From contig CAUVXB020000001.1 of assembly GCA_963555825.3 (NCBI GenBank), positions 2,176,001 to 2,240,000 on the forward strand: a stretch of DNA of 64,000 bases, given 5' to 3'. The notes under the pieces were generated by a model. That model was not told the origin of the DNA, ran no database searches, and was given only the letters and a program-made list of their open reading frames with translations. Made by a program: the position numbers and the translations under genes. Position 1 is the first letter of the stretch. The number at the start of each line of letters is the position of its first letter. This document shows, one piece after another, positions 10,839 through 24,144 of the stretch. This stretch comes from Alphaproteobacteria bacterium (lineage in GTDB: Bacteria; Pseudomonadota; Alphaproteobacteria; JAAXGF01).

Positions 10839-11564
10839 TCAGCCGGTGTCGTCCTTGGCCGACAGGGTCGGCGCGCGCAGGCGCACCATCTCGCGAACGA
10901 TCTTGCGCAACATCGCGTTGGCGAAGTCGTGGGTGCCTTCGCTGACCTGCACGAAGGACAATGGGCCGCCGATGACCTCGCGCTCGAAATAGCGCGAGAC
11001 GATCTCGATTGCGGAGCCGCGCGCCATGACCAGGCCGTTGATGGTGATGCCGCGCTCGAGCGCGATGTTGCGGTCGATCATGGGGAGGCGGCCGATGTTG
11101 GAGATGCCGTCGGCGACCACGTTGATGACGCTGCGCGTCGCCGGCCACGGCAGCTCGTCGAGCTGGTTCATGCCGATCTCGATGGCGAAGGCGAGATCGG
11201 TCTGCGAACCGTGCGGGGCGAATATCTGGCGGGCATAGTCGAGCTCGAGGATCTTGGCGGCGCCGGCGGCATCGTCGCGGTCGGCGATCCGCGACCAGGG
11301 CAGGATCACCTCGGACCGCCCGAAGCTCGACCAGGTGAGCACCGAAAGCCCGATCGAGCCGTACCAGCCGACCGCGACGGTATCGCGGAAGTTCGAGTGC
11401 CTGAGCGTGTAGACGAGGCCGTCGATTTGCGCCTTGGCCTCATCGGCGTTGATCGATTCGGAGCGGTCGAGCGACACCCCGATGGCGAGATCGACCGGCT
11501 TCGCCGATTGTGCCTGCGCCGCGAGGGGCAGTCAGCTCAGCACCAAAGCCAAAATCCAACGCAT
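10839..11564 (-). pseudogene. DUF1194 (vWA-like) exported protein with an in-frame TGA at codon 11
   Basis: GGAG RBS, MRWILALVLS*LPLAAQAQ...DLAIGVSLDRSESI; ADGISN, GITINGL, VIGGP; stop at 11532-11534. Confidence 0.75.
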
Positions 11565-11743
11565 CTTCGTATCTCCCTAGTCCGACCCGACCAGCATACC
11601 CCATTCGACCATCGCGCCAAAGTCGTTGCGCGATGTTCTGCCGTTTCGGCGCTCGCCCCCTCGCCTCCGGGCAACGATTGCCTTAGCTTATGGACGGCGC
11701 CCTCGCCGAAAGAAGGGCGCGCGAACGATCGGGAGAGCGGGAC

Positions 11744-14467
11744 ATGGCGGAGACGGGCTCGCCGTTCCATCGCGGCGAACAGGCGATCCAGGCGCGGCTC
11801 GGCGTGCGCGACAGGATCGAGGCGCAGGGCCGTCGGATGATCGGCGATCACCTGACCGAGCAGCATCAAGCGTTCTTCGCCCAGTTGCCGCTGCTCATCG
11901 CCGGCTCGGTAGACGCCCACGGCCGGCCCTGGGCGTCGGCGCTGGTCGGCGAACCCGGCTTCATCGACACGTCGGACCCGCTGAGGCTCGCGGTGACGGC
12001 GCCGACCGTCTACGGCGATCCGCTCGACGAGGCCCTCGTCGAGGGCGCCGAGATCGGCCTGCTCGGCATCGAGTTCGACTCGCGCCGCCGCAACCGGGTG
12101 AACGGCCGCATCGCGCGGCGCGGCGCGGACGGTTTCGAGGTCGCGGTCACGCAGGCCTTCGGCAACTGCTCGAAATACATACAGGCGCGCGGCTATCGGC
12201 TCGGCAGCGACATCGGCGACATCGGGGCCTGGCGGCCGGTCGAGCGCGGCGCCGCGCTCGACAGGGACGCGGCGGCGATGATCGCGCGCGCCGACACGCT
12301 GTTCATCGCCAGCCATTTCACCGGCGCGGCGGGCGCGGCGAACCGCGGCGTCGACGTCTCGCACCGCGGCGGCAAGCCGGGCTTCGCGCTGGTCGCCCAC
12401 GAGACCCTGCTGCTGATCCCCGATTACGCCGGCAACTGCATGTTCAACACGCTCGGCAACATCGAGGCCGAGCCGAAATGCGGCTTGCTGTTCATCGACT
12501 TCGATGGCGGCGACACGCTGCAGCTGAGCGGCGAGGCGGAGATCCTGTGGGGCGCCGAGCACAGCGGGCGATTCCCCGGCGCCCAGCGCGTGCTCGCGTT
12601 CCGGATCGACGAGACGCTCCGTATCGAGCGCGCCCTGCCGATCGCCTGGACCTTCGAGGGTTACTCGCCAGTGCTCGACACGCTCGAGCCCGACACGGGC
12701 GACGGGGTGGCGCCCGAGCCGCAGCGCCCGGCGCGGCTCCGCTCGGTCAACGTCTCGATGCCCACCGACGTCGTGCACGACGGCAAGCTGGTGACCACCG
12801 GCATCTTCAAGCAACCGGTCGAGGGCCGGGTCATGCTGCGCCGCATGAACCTCGATGGCGACGGCCAGGCCGATCTATGGGGCCACGGCGGCACGTTCCG
12901 CGCGGTCTACGTCTACTCCTACGACAATTACGCGCCCTGGGCCGAGGAGCTCGGGCGCGACGATTTCGCCTACGGCCAGTTCGGCGAGAATTTCACGGTC
13001 GACGGCATGGGCGACGACGCGGTTCACGTCGGCGACGTCTACCGCGTCGGCGGCGCGCTGGTCGAGGTCAGCCAGCCCCGCGTGCCGTGCTACAAGCTGG
13101 CCATCAAGATGGGCATCGAGGGTTTCCAAAACCGCTTCCTGGCGAGCGGCCGGGTCGGCTTCTACCTGCGCGTCCTCGAGGAAGGCGAGGTCGGCGCCGG
13201 CGACGCCATCGAGCTGGTCCGCCGCGACCCCGAAAGCGTGACCGTGCGCCAGGTCAACGACCTGCTCTATTTCGACAAGGAGAACCTCGAAGGCACGCGC
13301 CAGGCGTTCGACATGCCGGCGCTCGCACACGGCTGGAAGGGCTCGTTCGGGGACCGCCTGGCCAAGGCCGTGGCCAAGCCGCGCGACGGCTTCCGCGATT
13401 TCACGGTCGAGCGCAAGCTGCCCGAGAGCGAGACGATAACCTCGTTCTACCTGACGCCCGACGACGGCGCGCCGCTGGCCGACTTTCTGCCCGGCCAGTT
13501 CCTCAGCTTCGCGCTCGACATGCCTGACCAGCCGAAGCCGGTGTTGCGCACCTATTCGCTGTCCGACGCCCCCAACCCGGCGCGTCACCGCGTCTCCATC
13601 AAGCGCGAGCCCGCGCCCGCCGACCGGCCCGAACTGCCCGCCGGCCTGTCGTCCAACCACTTCCACGACTGCGTCGAGCCCGGCGCCAGGCTCCGCGTCG
13701 GCGCGCCGCGTGGCAAGTTCCACCTCGACGCAGACGGCGAGCGGGCACTGGTGCTGCTCTCCGCCGGCGTCGGCCTGACGCCGATGGTCAGCATGCTCAA
13801 TGCCGTCGTCACCGGCGGGTCGGACCGTCCCGTGTGGTTCATCCACGGCGCGCGCAACGGTCGCGAGCACGCCATGGGGTCCCATGTCAGGGGCATCGCC
13901 GCGGCGCACGACAACATCCATGCCCACGTCGTCTACAGCCGGCCCGACGCGGCCGACGTCGTGGGGCGCGACCACGACAGCGCGGGCCACGTCGACGTCG
14001 CACTCTTGAAACGGCTGCTGCCGTTCGACGACTACGACTTCTACCTGTGCGGCCCGACGCCGTTCATGCGTGCGCTCTACTGCGGGCTGCTCGGTTTGGG
14101 CGTGTCCGAGGACCGCCTCCACTACGAGTTCTTCGGCCCGGCCTCGGTGTTGAAGGAGAGCACCGAGCCCGCCGGCCACGCGGCGCCGACCGTCGAGGCC
14201 GAGCTCGCTGGCGGTGTGACGGTCGCCTTCGCGCGCTCGGGCGTCACCGCGAGTTGGGACCCGGACTGCGAGAGCCTCCTCGACCTCGCCGAGCGCCACG
14301 GCCTCAACCCCGACTACAGCTGCCGCTCGGGCATCTGCCACACCTGCATGTGCGCGCTGGTCGAGGGCGAGGTCGAATATCTCGAGGAACCACTCGACGA
14401 ACCCGATCCGGGCTGCGTGCTGATCTGCTGCGCGCGCCCCAAGACCAGCGTCGTGATCGAGGTCTAG
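11744..14467 (+). CDS. Fusion: two PNPOx-like domains + MOSC(YiiM)/3-alpha + FNR-type reductase + 2Fe-2S ferredoxin
   Basis: SPFHRGE, FGNCSKYIQ, DVSHRGGKPGF; GDGQAD..HGG, FGEN, QPRVPCYKL; RTYSLS, SAGVGLTP, YLCGP; CRSGICHTC...LICC. Confidence 0.9.
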   Translation: MAETGSPFHRGEQAIQARLGVRDRIEAQGRRMIGDHLTEQHQAFFAQLPLLIAGSVDAHGRPWASALVGEPGFIDTSDPLRLAVTAPTVYGDPLDEALVEGAEIGLLGIEFDSRRRNRVNGRIARRGADGFEVAVTQAFGNCSKYIQARGYRLGSDIGDIGAWRPVERGAALDRDAAAMIARADTLFIASHFTGAAGAANRGVDVSHRGGKPGFALVAHETLLLIPDYAGNCMFNTLGNIEAEPKCGLLFIDFDGGDTLQLSGEAEILWGAEHSGRFPGAQRVLAFRIDETLRIERALPIAWTFEGYSPVLDTLEPDTGDGVAPEPQRPARLRSVNVSMPTDVVHDGKLVTTGIFKQPVEGRVMLRRMNLDGDGQADLWGHGGTFRAVYVYSYDNYAPWAEELGRDDFAYGQFGENFTVDGMGDDAVHVGDVYRVGGALVEVSQPRVPCYKLAIKMGIEGFQNRFLASGRVGFYLRVLEEGEVGAGDAIELVRRDPESVTVRQVNDLLYFDKENLEGTRQAFDMPALAHGWKGSFGDRLAKAVAKPRDGFRDFTVERKLPESETITSFYLTPDDGAPLADFLPGQFLSFALDMPDQPKPVLRTYSLSDAPNPARHRVSIKREPAPADRPELPAGLSSNHFHDCVEPGARLRVGAPRGKFHLDADGERALVLLSAGVGLTPMVSMLNAVVTGGSDRPVWFIHGARNGREHAMGSHVRGIAAAHDNIHAHVVYSRPDAADVVGRDHDSAGHVDVALLKRLLPFDDYDFYLCGPTPFMRALYCGLLGLGVSEDRLHYEFFGPASVLKESTEPAGHAAPTVEAELAGGVTVAFARSGVTASWDPDCESLLDLAERHGLNPDYSCRSGICHTCMCALVEGEVEYLEEPLDEPDPGCVLICCARPKTSVVIEV

Positions 14468-14497
14468 CGGGCGGGCGTCTGGCGTGGGCTCGGGTCG

Positions 14498-14935
14498 CTA
14501 ATCCGGCTCCTCGGCGCGCGACGGCACGACGGCGCTCGAGCGCGGGAAGCGCGGCAGGTCGTCGTCGATTTTCAGCCAGGCGAGTTGGCTCTCGGTCCAG
14601 ACGTGGTCGTCCGGGCGAACGTCGCCGGGCCGGTCGAGGCTGCCCAGACTGACCTGCACCCGGTCGTCGAGGACGCTTTCGTGCATCGTCAGCGTGCTGC
14701 CGCAACGCGCGCAGAAGCCGCGTTCGGCATCGACCGAGGAGCGCCAACGGGTTGGTTCGCCCTGGGTCCAGGTGAATGCCTCGACAGGGAAATGGACATG
14801 GGTCAGGAAGGCCGCGCCCGAGGCGCGCCGGCACATGCCGCAGTGACAACTCACGACCCGGATCGGGTCGGCCGTCGCGCGATAGCGCACCGCGCCGCAC
14901 GAGCATCCGCCGGTCCACTCCATCGCTACCTCCAT
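14498..14935 (-). CDS. GFA (CENP-V) family zinc protein
   Basis: GGCSCGAVRY, CHCGMCRR, RGFCARCGS. Confidence 0.92.
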   Translation of the reverse strand: MEVAMEWTGGCSCGAVRYRATADPIRVVSCHCGMCRRASGAAFLTHVHFPVEAFTWTQGEPTRWRSSVDAERGFCARCGSTLTMHESVLDDRVQVSLGSLDRPGDVRPDDHVWTESQLAWLKIDDDLPRFPRSSAVVPSRAEEPD

Positions 14936-14948
14936 GATCGCGGACGCT

Positions 14949-15097
14949 TAGGCCGGAGACCGGTCCCGACCGATCGGTTTCGGTCGGCTCCTAGCAGCCT
15001 GCGACCGCAGGCCGCCGACCGTTCGGCGGAAGCATGCGCGGCGATTGAGCGCAGGTCACCTTTACGCAACGCGTAAAGGTGACCGCACAATGGTCTA
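14949..15097 (+). repeat. Intergenic structured repeat (MITE/REP-like), copy 1 of 3
   Basis: Core GCATGCGCGGCGATTGAGCGCAGGTCACCTTTAC...GTAAAGGTGACCG shared with copies at ~43.0 and ~52.5 kb. Confidence 0.8.
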
Positions 15098-15982
15098 ATT
15101 CCGCCGCTTGAGTTGCAGTTTCTCGCGCGCCTCGTCGGGGGTGAGCGCGCGGGCGCCCATCAGCTCGATGAGGTTGATCGCCTTCTCGACCAGCTGGCCG
15201 TTGGTGGCGAAGACGCCGCGCTCGAGATAGAGGTTGTCCTCGAGGCCGACGCGGACGTGGCCGCCCAACAGGACGGCTTGCGCGACCATCGGCATCTCGA
15301 GCCGCGAAATTCCGAAGCCGGCCCACTGGGCGTCCGGCGGCAACTGGTCGACCATCGCCTTCATGGTCGAAGTGTCGGCCGGCGCGCCCCACGGAATGCC
15401 GAGGCATATCTGGTAGAGCGGCGGATCGTCGACCAGGCCCTCGGCGTAGAGCTGGTTGGCGAAACGCAGGTGGCCGAGTTCGAACACCTCCATCTCGGGC
15501 TTGACGCCGCAGTCCTTGATGCGCTGGGCCATCTCGCGCAGGTAGTGCGGCGGGCTGATGTAGACAGATTCGCCGAAGTTGAGCGAGCCGCAATCCAGGC
15601 TGCAGATGTCGGGGCGCAGCTCGTCGACGTGGAGCAGGCGCTGCTCGGGCGTCGCCATGTCGCTGCCCGGCGCGCCGACGGCGGGGTCGTCCTCGCTCGG
15701 GTACCAGTCGCCGCCCATGCCGGCGGTCAGGTTGATGATCACGTCGGTGCCGCTGGCGCGCACCCGCTCGACGACGTCGCGGAACAGGTTGGGGTCGCGG
15801 TTGCCCTTGCCGGTCTCGACGTCGCGCACGTGGATATGCGCGATCGCCGCGCCGGCTTGCGCCGCCTCGATCGCCGCGCCCGCGATCTGCTCGGGCGTCA
15901 CCGGCATGTCCGGATGCTTGTCCACCGTATCGCCGGCGCCGGTCACGGCGCAGCTCACGATCACCTCGTAGTTCATTGCCAT
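15095..15982 (-). CDS. Beta-keto acid cleavage enzyme (BKACE/Kce family)
   Basis: [37 protein letters not shown]. Confidence 0.92.
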   Translation of the reverse strand: MAMNYEVIVSCAVTGAGDTVDKHPDMPVTPEQIAGAAIEAAQAGAAIAHIHVRDVETGKGNRDPNLFRDVVERVRASGTDVIINLTAGMGGDWYPSEDDPAVGAPGSDMATPEQRLLHVDELRPDICSLDCGSLNFGESVYISPPHYLREMAQRIKDCGVKPEMEVFELGHLRFANQLYAEGLVDDPPLYQICLGIPWGAPADTSTMKAMVDQLPPDAQWAGFGISRLEMPMVAQAVLLGGHVRVGLEDNLYLERGVFATNGQLVEKAINLIELMGARALTPDEAREKLQLKRRN

Positions 15983-16031
15983 CCTCCCTTCGCAGCGCGG
16001 GGTTTCGGCTGCGCACCGCGTCCAAGAGCGG

Positions 16032-17021
16032 TTACATGAACAGGCGCTCGTTTTCCAGCCCTTTGTAGAGATCGGCGACGAATTCGCCGTAGCCGTTGAA
16101 GAGCTGCGTCGGCACGCGGTCGCCGGTCGCCAGGAAGCGCTCGGTCGCCTGGCTCCAGCGCGGATGCGACACCTCGGGGTTGACGTTGGCCCAGAAACCG
16201 TACTCGCTGGCTGCCAGTTCCTCCCAGAACGACTTGGGGCGGGTGTCGGTGAAGCTGATGCGCACGATCGATTTGATGTGCTTGAAGCCGTATTTCCACG
16301 GCACCGCGAGGCGCAACGGCGAGCCGTACTGTTTGGCCATCGGCTTGCCGTAGGCGCCGGTCACCATGAAAGCGAGCTCGTTGGTCGCCTCCTCGATGGT
16401 CAGCCCCTCGATATAGGGCCAGGGATACCAGAACTGGCGCTGGCCGGGCGCCACCTCTTTATCTTGGAAGGTCTCGAACTCGACGTATTTCGCGCCGCTC
16501 AGCGGCTTGGCGAAGTCGACCAGGTCCTTGAGCGGGAAGCCCGACCACGGGATCGTCATCGACCAAGCCTCGACGCAGCGGTGGCGATAGAGGCGCTCCT
16601 CGAGATTCATGCGGCGGATCAAATCGTCGATCTCGACGACCATCTCGTTTTCGACCATGCCGTTGATGGTCACCGTCCAGGGCCGTATCTCGAGCTCCTG
16701 CGCCGCCTGCCAGATTTGCTTGTGCGAGCCGAACTCATAGAAGTTGTTGTACTTGGCGGTGATATCGATATCGGTCAGCTCGCGATCCAGCACGTAGCGC
16801 TCGTTGCGCGCCACCGGATAGAGGTCGGCGGTCGGGTCGTCGTGCTCGACCAGCGGCTCGTCGCCGCCGAACAGCCCAGCGTGCGCGGCGAGCGGCGCCG
16901 AGGCGGCGAGGATCGAGCCCGCCGCGACGCCCTTGAGCAGTGTGCGCCGGTTGACGAAGACATGCTCGGGCGTCGCCGCCTTCTCGGGCAGCTCCCAGCC
17001 CCGCTTGCGTCGGATCAGCAT
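16032..17021 (-). CDS. msrP: Protein-methionine-sulfoxide reductase catalytic subunit MsrP
   Basis: Tat motif NRRTLLK; [38 protein letters not shown]. Confidence 0.95.
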   Translation of the reverse strand: MLIRRKRGWELPEKAATPEHVFVNRRTLLKGVAAGSILAASAPLAAHAGLFGGDEPLVEHDDPTADLYPVARNERYVLDRELTDIDITAKYNNFYEFGSHKQIWQAAQELEIRPWTVTINGMVENEMVVEIDDLIRRMNLEERLYRHRCVEAWSMTIPWSGFPLKDLVDFAKPLSGAKYVEFETFQDKEVAPGQRQFWYPWPYIEGLTIEEATNELAFMVTGAYGKPMAKQYGSPLRLAVPWKYGFKHIKSIVRISFTDTRPKSFWEELAASEYGFWANVNPEVSHPRWSQATERFLATGDRVPTQLFNGYGEFVADLYKGLENERLFM

Positions 17022-17231
17022 GGTCCCGTCTCCCGATGTGAATTGGTCTCAATCAAAACAGCATCCGCGCCCGTCGTCTACCCCGCCGAGACGGGCGACG
17101 GCCAATCACATCTACGTGACGAACAAAAGCGCCCGGCACGTCGGTGCCGGGCGCGTGGCAGCCGAAGGCACCGATGCCCTTGCCGAATTCCTTGAAGTCG
17201 GCCTGCGGAATGCCGATGACGATGGCGGCGC

Positions 17232-19338
<2,107 letters not shown>

Positions 19339-19492
19339 TCAGCCGTCGGCAACCTCTGCGACCGCCTTGTCGCGCCCGATCATCGTGAAGGTGTGGAACG
19401 GCATGCCGAGCCCGGTGATCATTCGAAGCTCCCTTCGATCGTCGCCCCCGAAACGGGCATCCCAGCGGCCGGCGCGCCGACCGCGGGACCGG

Positions 19493-19699
19493 CTAGCTGA
19501 GCTCGATGTCGCCGGTGACGGTGAAGCTGTGCTCGACGCCCGAGAGCGTCACGGTCGCGGTCGCCGCGATCTTGCCGTCGCTCGACAGCGCGCCGCTCGC
19601 GATGCCGTCGCGCACCGCGCCCTCGATCTCGCGCTGGGCGGTGACGCCGACCTTCTTGAGAAACTTGCGGACCGACATGTTGAAGATGTCTTCGTTCAT
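19493..19699 (-). CDS. Small conserved protein (DUF6494-like)
   Basis: MNEDIFNMSVRKFLKKVGVTAQREIE. Confidence 0.8.
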   Translation of the reverse strand: MNEDIFNMSVRKFLKKVGVTAQREIEGAVRDGIASGALSSDGKIAATATVTLSGVEHSFTVTGDIELS

Positions 19700-19753
19700 T
19701 TCGTTCTTCCCCTGGGTAACTGTTTCGCGGAAATAAGGCGCACGCCGCGCTGG

Positions 19754-20167
19754 TCAAGAACCCGCCTCGTCCTCGGGCAGAAAGCGGAACACCATCTCGC
19801 GCAGCGTCACCAGGCCGACCAACTGGCCGCCCTCGGTGACCAGCGCGCGCGCCAGGCCGAAGCGGCTCAACAGCCGGACGGCGTATTTGATGTCCATGCT
19901 GCCGGCGACCGTCAGCACCGGCTTCGACATCACCTCGTAGACGTTGGTGCGCGCCGGCGATCGGTTCTCGGCGATGACCTTGGCGGCGATGTCGGAGAGC
20001 ACGATGATGCCGTATTCGTCGCCCTCGTGGCGACGGTCGATGACCAGCGCGCCGACGTTGTCGCGGCGCATCGTGTCGAGCGCCACCTGGACCGTCGCGA
20101 GGCCGTCGATGATGCCCGGCGACGGCCGCATCAGCTCCTTGACGCTAATGAAGGGCTTGGCGCTCAT
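19754..20167 (-). CDS. CBS-domain protein
   Basis: Tandem CBS repeats (EYGIIVLSDI, VYEVMSKPV, LVGLVTL). Confidence 0.88.
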   Translation of the reverse strand: MSAKPFISVKELMRPSPGIIDGLATVQVALDTMRRDNVGALVIDRRHEGDEYGIIVLSDIAAKVIAENRSPARTNVYEVMSKPVLTVAGSMDIKYAVRLLSRFGLARALVTEGGQLVGLVTLREMVFRFLPEDEAGS

Positions 20168-20514
20168 ATCTGGTCTCCGATTTCGCTCTGGATGGTGCCG
20201 ATCTGCGACGACAGGCCGACGGCGTCCTCGATGTCGATCTGGAAGGCGATGCCCGAGCCCGGCGTGTCCTCGAAGTCGCAGGTCTCGGTGATGCCTTCCA
20301 GAATGCCGCGCGACAGGTGTTCCTCGACCAACAGGAGTATGACGTCGCGCTGACCCTCGAGATCGAGGCCAAGGAACGTCTTGTGCGGCTTGAGGCCCTC
20401 GCCGCGCGCGCTGGTGATCACGGTGCAGCCGGTCGCTCCGGCGTTGCGGGCGCAATCGACCACGTCGTCCGTTTTGTGGTCGTCGACCATGGCGATGATC
20501 AGTTTGAATTTCAT
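20164..20514 (-). CDS. P-II-like signalling protein
   Basis: AGATGCTVITSARGEG, PGSGIAFQIDIEDAVG; typical partner of DUF1538 genes. Confidence 0.88.
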   Translation of the reverse strand: MKFKLIIAMVDDHKTDDVVDCARNAGATGCTVITSARGEGLKPHKTFLGLDLEGQRDVILLLVEEHLSRGILEGITETCDFEDTPGSGIAFQIDIEDAVGLSSQIGTIQSEIGDQI

Positions 20515-21309
20515 CTAGTCCTCCTCGGACGGCAGGGGTTCGGCCCGCCGGGCGCGCCATGCGCCAAGCTGGGCATAGCCCAAAACGGATATAATCGGAA
20601 GCACGCTGGCGAAGGCGATCAGGCCGAAGCCGTCGATCAGCGGGCTGCGGCCGGGGATCGCCGTGGCGAGCCCGAGGCCGAGTGCGGTAACCAGCGGTAC
20701 GGTCACGGTCGAGGTCGTGACCCCGCCCGAATCATAGGCCAGCGCGATAATCGCGCGCGGCGCCATCAACGTCTGGACGATGACGACGAGGTAGCCGGCC
20801 ATGATGTAATAGGGCAGCGGCGTGCCCGTAACGATGCGAAAGGCGCCAAGCGAGACGCCGATGGCGACGCCGAGCGCCACGGTAAGGCGCAGGCCCCAGG
20901 GGTTCAACGCGCCGCCCGACACCTCGCCTGCCTTCCTGGCGACGGCGATCAGCGCCGGCTCGGCGATCGTCGTCGAGAAGCCGATCGTAGCGGCGAATGC
21001 GTAGACCCAGAAGTAGTCCTGCCAGCGGGTCGCCGAATCGGCCCCGCCGACGACCTTGGCATTACTCGCGGCGAGTTCGGCGAGTTGGGTCGCCATCACC
21101 TTGCCGAGCGGGAACAGTGCCTTCTCGAGACCGACCAGGAACAGCGCCAGCCCGATCGTGACGTAGACGAAGCCGATCACCACGCGGCGCGGGTGGGCGA
21201 GCCGCTGGCGCAGCACCAGGGCCTGGAAACCGAACAGGATGATGGCGATCGGCGCGACGTCGAACAGCGTCGACCCGATCGTGCCGCCGATGTCGGAAAG
21301 CCAGGTCAT
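20515..21309 (-). CDS. DUF1538 membrane protein
   Basis: [42 protein letters not shown]. Confidence 0.9.
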   Translation of the reverse strand: MTWLSDIGGTIGSTLFDVAPIAIILFGFQALVLRQRLAHPRRVVIGFVYVTIGLALFLVGLEKALFPLGKVMATQLAELAASNAKVVGGADSATRWQDYFWVYAFAATIGFSTTIAEPALIAVARKAGEVSGGALNPWGLRLTVALGVAIGVSLGAFRIVTGTPLPYYIMAGYLVVIVQTLMAPRAIIALAYDSGGVTTSTVTVPLVTALGLGLATAIPGRSPLIDGFGLIAFASVLPIISVLGYAQLGAWRARRAEPLPSEED

Positions 21310-21316
21310 CGGCGCC

Positions 21317-22051
21317 TCAGACCACCATGCCATAGATCAGCACGAAGACGATCGGCATCAGGCTGGCGAAGGCGATCAGGCCGAAGCCGTCGATCAGCGG
21401 GTTGCGCCCGCGGATCACCGTGGCGAGCCCGATGCCGAACGCGGCGACCAGCGGCACGGTGACGGTCGATGTCGTCACCCCGCCGGCGTCATAGGCGCCG
21501 CCGACGATCTCGTCGGGCGCAAACGGCGTGGTGGCGATGACCAGGCAGTAGCCCGAGATGATGAAGTAGTGGATCGGCCAGCCCTTGACGATGCGGAAGA
21601 CGCCGATCACCAGCGCGACGCCGACCGACACCGCGACGGTGTAGCGTAGCCCCGAGGCGTATTCGGCCAGGGCCGCCTCGTCCTTGCCGATCAGGCCGGC
21701 CTCGGCGGCGCTGCGCGCGGCCTCGGCGGCGACCGCGATCAGCGCCGGCTCGGCCACCGTGGTGCCGAAGCCGAGCGCGAAGGCAAAGCCGAACAGCCAG
21801 AACAGACTGCCTTTGCGCGCGAGGTCGCCGGCCATCGATTCGCCGATCGGGAACAGGCCCATCTCGAGGCCCTGGATGAACAGCGCGAGGCCGAACATGA
21901 CCAGCACCAGCCCGCCGAGGATCGAGTCGAGATTGGCGATCGGCTGGCCGAGGACGGCGAGCTGGAAGAACGCGATCACCAGGATGATCGGCGCGAGGTC
22001 GCGCAGGGTTCCCAGGATCAGGCGGCCGAACGAGGCGAGCGAGGCGAGCAT
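21317..22051 (-). CDS. DUF1538 membrane protein
   Basis: [32 protein letters not shown]. Confidence 0.9.
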   Translation of the reverse strand: MLASLASFGRLILGTLRDLAPIILVIAFFQLAVLGQPIANLDSILGGLVLVMFGLALFIQGLEMGLFPIGESMAGDLARKGSLFWLFGFAFALGFGTTVAEPALIAVAAEAARSAAEAGLIGKDEAALAEYASGLRYTVAVSVGVALVIGVFRIVKGWPIHYFIISGYCLVIATTPFAPDEIVGGAYDAGGVTTSTVTVPLVAAFGIGLATVIRGRNPLIDGFGLIAFASLMPIVFVLIYGMVV

Positions 22052-22145
22052 GCCTCCGCTTGTAGCCGCCCGGGGCGAAGCGGGCAATGACCGAGGTCGC
22101 TTCCAACCCCACCAATTCAGCGGAATGGCATAAGGTGACGGGGCG

Positions 22146-23690
22146 ATGAAACGCATGACGCGAATTGGCGTTGCCGCCGCGGTCGCGACGCTATTGGTCG
22201 TCGCCGGCATCGCCCGCCTGGCCGATCGGCCGGCGCCCGTCGCCGACCCGCCCGTCGGCGGCTACGCCGAGGCGCCGTGCTGGTTCGACGTCGACCTCGA
22301 TCGCACGGTCGTCTGCGGCGCGTTCGTGATCCCGGAGAACTGGGATGTTGACGGTTCACGCACACAGCGCCTTTCCATCGTCACCTTCAAGGCGGCGCGC
22401 GGTTCGGGCGCGGCGGCGCCCATCCTGTTCCTCAACGGCGGACCGGGCGACCGGGTGCGCACCCGCACCGACAACGAGGTCCGCGATTGGGCCGATTGGC
22501 TCAAGCGCGAGACCTGGACCCATGAGCGTGACTTCATCGTACTGGCCCAGCGCGGCACCAACTGGACCGACGCCAACCTCGCCTGCGCCGAGCTCGGCGA
22601 CCCTCGGCTGTACGCCGGTGTATCGGAACAGCCGGGCGCCGAGACCGATTGGCGCACCGACACCAAACGAGCGTACGAGGCATGCCGCGACGGACTCGTC
22701 GCCGCCGGCCACGATCTGGCGGCCTACAGCACATACCAGGGCGCCAAGGACGTCGCCGGGCTCAGACACGCCATGGGCGTCGACGGCTGGGTGCTCTACG
22801 GCGTCTCCTATGGCACGCGCCTGGCGCTCACGGTGATGCGCGATCATCCGCGGGGCATCGACGCCGCCGTGCTGGATTCGGTCTGGCCGCCCGAAGTCGG
22901 GGTCGGCGCCGACGACTCCGCCGCCTTCATGGCGACGCTGACCAAGATCGCCGAGGCCTGCCGGGCCGACGCGGTCTGTAACGGTCGTTATCCCGACGTC
23001 GTCGGCGCGTTCGTCTCGTCGATCGAACGCCTGCGCCGCGCGCCCGTCGAGATCTCCGTCCCGGGCACCGGCGGCGCCAAGTCGCTGTACGTTCTCTACG
23101 ACCCCACCTTGTTCGTCGACACGCTGTATTTCGCGATGTACTGGTGGGATACGGTGAAGACGATACCGAAGGCGGTCGACGGCTTCGCGCGGTCGGATTT
23201 CGACGCCTTCGTCGGACTCGCGCGCGATTACATCGACGACCCGCAATACGAGGCCTTCGCCCACGGCACGGCCACCGCGATCAACTGCAACGACAACCTG
23301 GCGGTCGATGCCGCCGTCGACTGGGACGCGCAGGTGGCGGCGTATCCGTTTCTGCGTGAATGGATAGACGACTTCAACGACGACACGTTCTGCGACGACT
23401 GGGCGCTCGACGTCGCGCGCCGCGGCACGGCGGCACCCACCGTGAGCGATATTCCGACGCTGCTGCTCGCCGGCGGGCTCGACGTCGCGACGCCGGCCGA
23501 ATACGCGCGCATGACCGCCGCCCGACTGTCGGCGTCCCATCTGTTCGTCTTCCCGGCGACGAGCCACGACGTCATCGACAGCCACCAATGCGCCAGCGAC
23601 TTGGTCGCCGCGTTCCTGGCCGACCCGGCCCCGCGGCCAGCGCCCGGCTGCTTCGACCCCGACGAATCGGTCCAATTCGACGACGACTGA
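22146..23690 (+). CDS. Exported alpha/beta hydrolase (TAP-like peptidase/esterase)
   Basis: Signal/anchor peptide, LNGGPG, QRGT, GVSYG nucleophile elbow, D(VATP) and H(DVI). Confidence 0.88.
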   Translation: MKRMTRIGVAAAVATLLVVAGIARLADRPAPVADPPVGGYAEAPCWFDVDLDRTVVCGAFVIPENWDVDGSRTQRLSIVTFKAARGSGAAAPILFLNGGPGDRVRTRTDNEVRDWADWLKRETWTHERDFIVLAQRGTNWTDANLACAELGDPRLYAGVSEQPGAETDWRTDTKRAYEACRDGLVAAGHDLAAYSTYQGAKDVAGLRHAMGVDGWVLYGVSYGTRLALTVMRDHPRGIDAAVLDSVWPPEVGVGADDSAAFMATLTKIAEACRADAVCNGRYPDVVGAFVSSIERLRRAPVEISVPGTGGAKSLYVLYDPTLFVDTLYFAMYWWDTVKTIPKAVDGFARSDFDAFVGLARDYIDDPQYEAFAHGTATAINCNDNLAVDAAVDWDAQVAAYPFLREWIDDFNDDTFCDDWALDVARRGTAAPTVSDIPTLLLAGGLDVATPAEYARMTAARLSASHLFVFPATSHDVIDSHQCASDLVAAFLADPAPRPAPGCFDPDESVQFDDD

Positions 23691-23877
23691 CCTCACGGCC
23701 TCCGTATGCCACGGCCTCATGCTCCAACGTCTCTATTCACGCGGAGACGCGGAGCGGTCAAGTTGGTCGAAACGCGGCTCATTCAATGCGTTAGGCCGGG
23801 GCGCGGCAGCCCCAATTCCCCCGCCGACGCGCTCCGCGTCTCCGCGTCTCCGCGTGAGTTCGGGGCACCATCTATTC

Positions 23878-23944
23878 GGTGTCAGACACCAATTTTACCT
23901 ATTATTTTCAATAATCTAACATACGAGAAATAGTGTCTGACCCC
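23878..23944. repeat. Short inverted-repeat element with AT-rich core
   Basis: GGTGTCAGACACCAATTT ... AAATAGTGTCTGACCCC. Confidence 0.7.
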
Positions 23945-23989
23945 ATTAAGTTCCGGAGTTCGTTTGGGGGTGGCGGCGCGGTGGTGGGC

Positions 23990-24106
23990 TCAGATGATGG
24001 CGTGGCGCACCTTGGCCGAGACCCACTCGCTGACCACCACCGTGGCGATGATGATGAGCAGGATGACGGCGGCCGGATCGAACTCGTAGCGATCGAAGGC
24101 GGTGTT
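23990..24106 (-). pseudogene. C-terminal remnant of a PhnE-type phosphonate ABC permease
   Basis: NTAFDRYEFDPAAVILLIIIATVVVSEWVSAKVRHAII* with no upstream part. Confidence 0.65.
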
Positions 24107-24144
24107 CGGCGTCGCGCCCTCCGGGCCGCCGCGCGCCCCAAAGC

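Noticed and set aside
11532-11534. Selenocysteine at the in-frame TGA
   Set aside because: The codon lies in a signal peptide, not at a catalytic Cys position, and no SECIS-like hairpin was recognised
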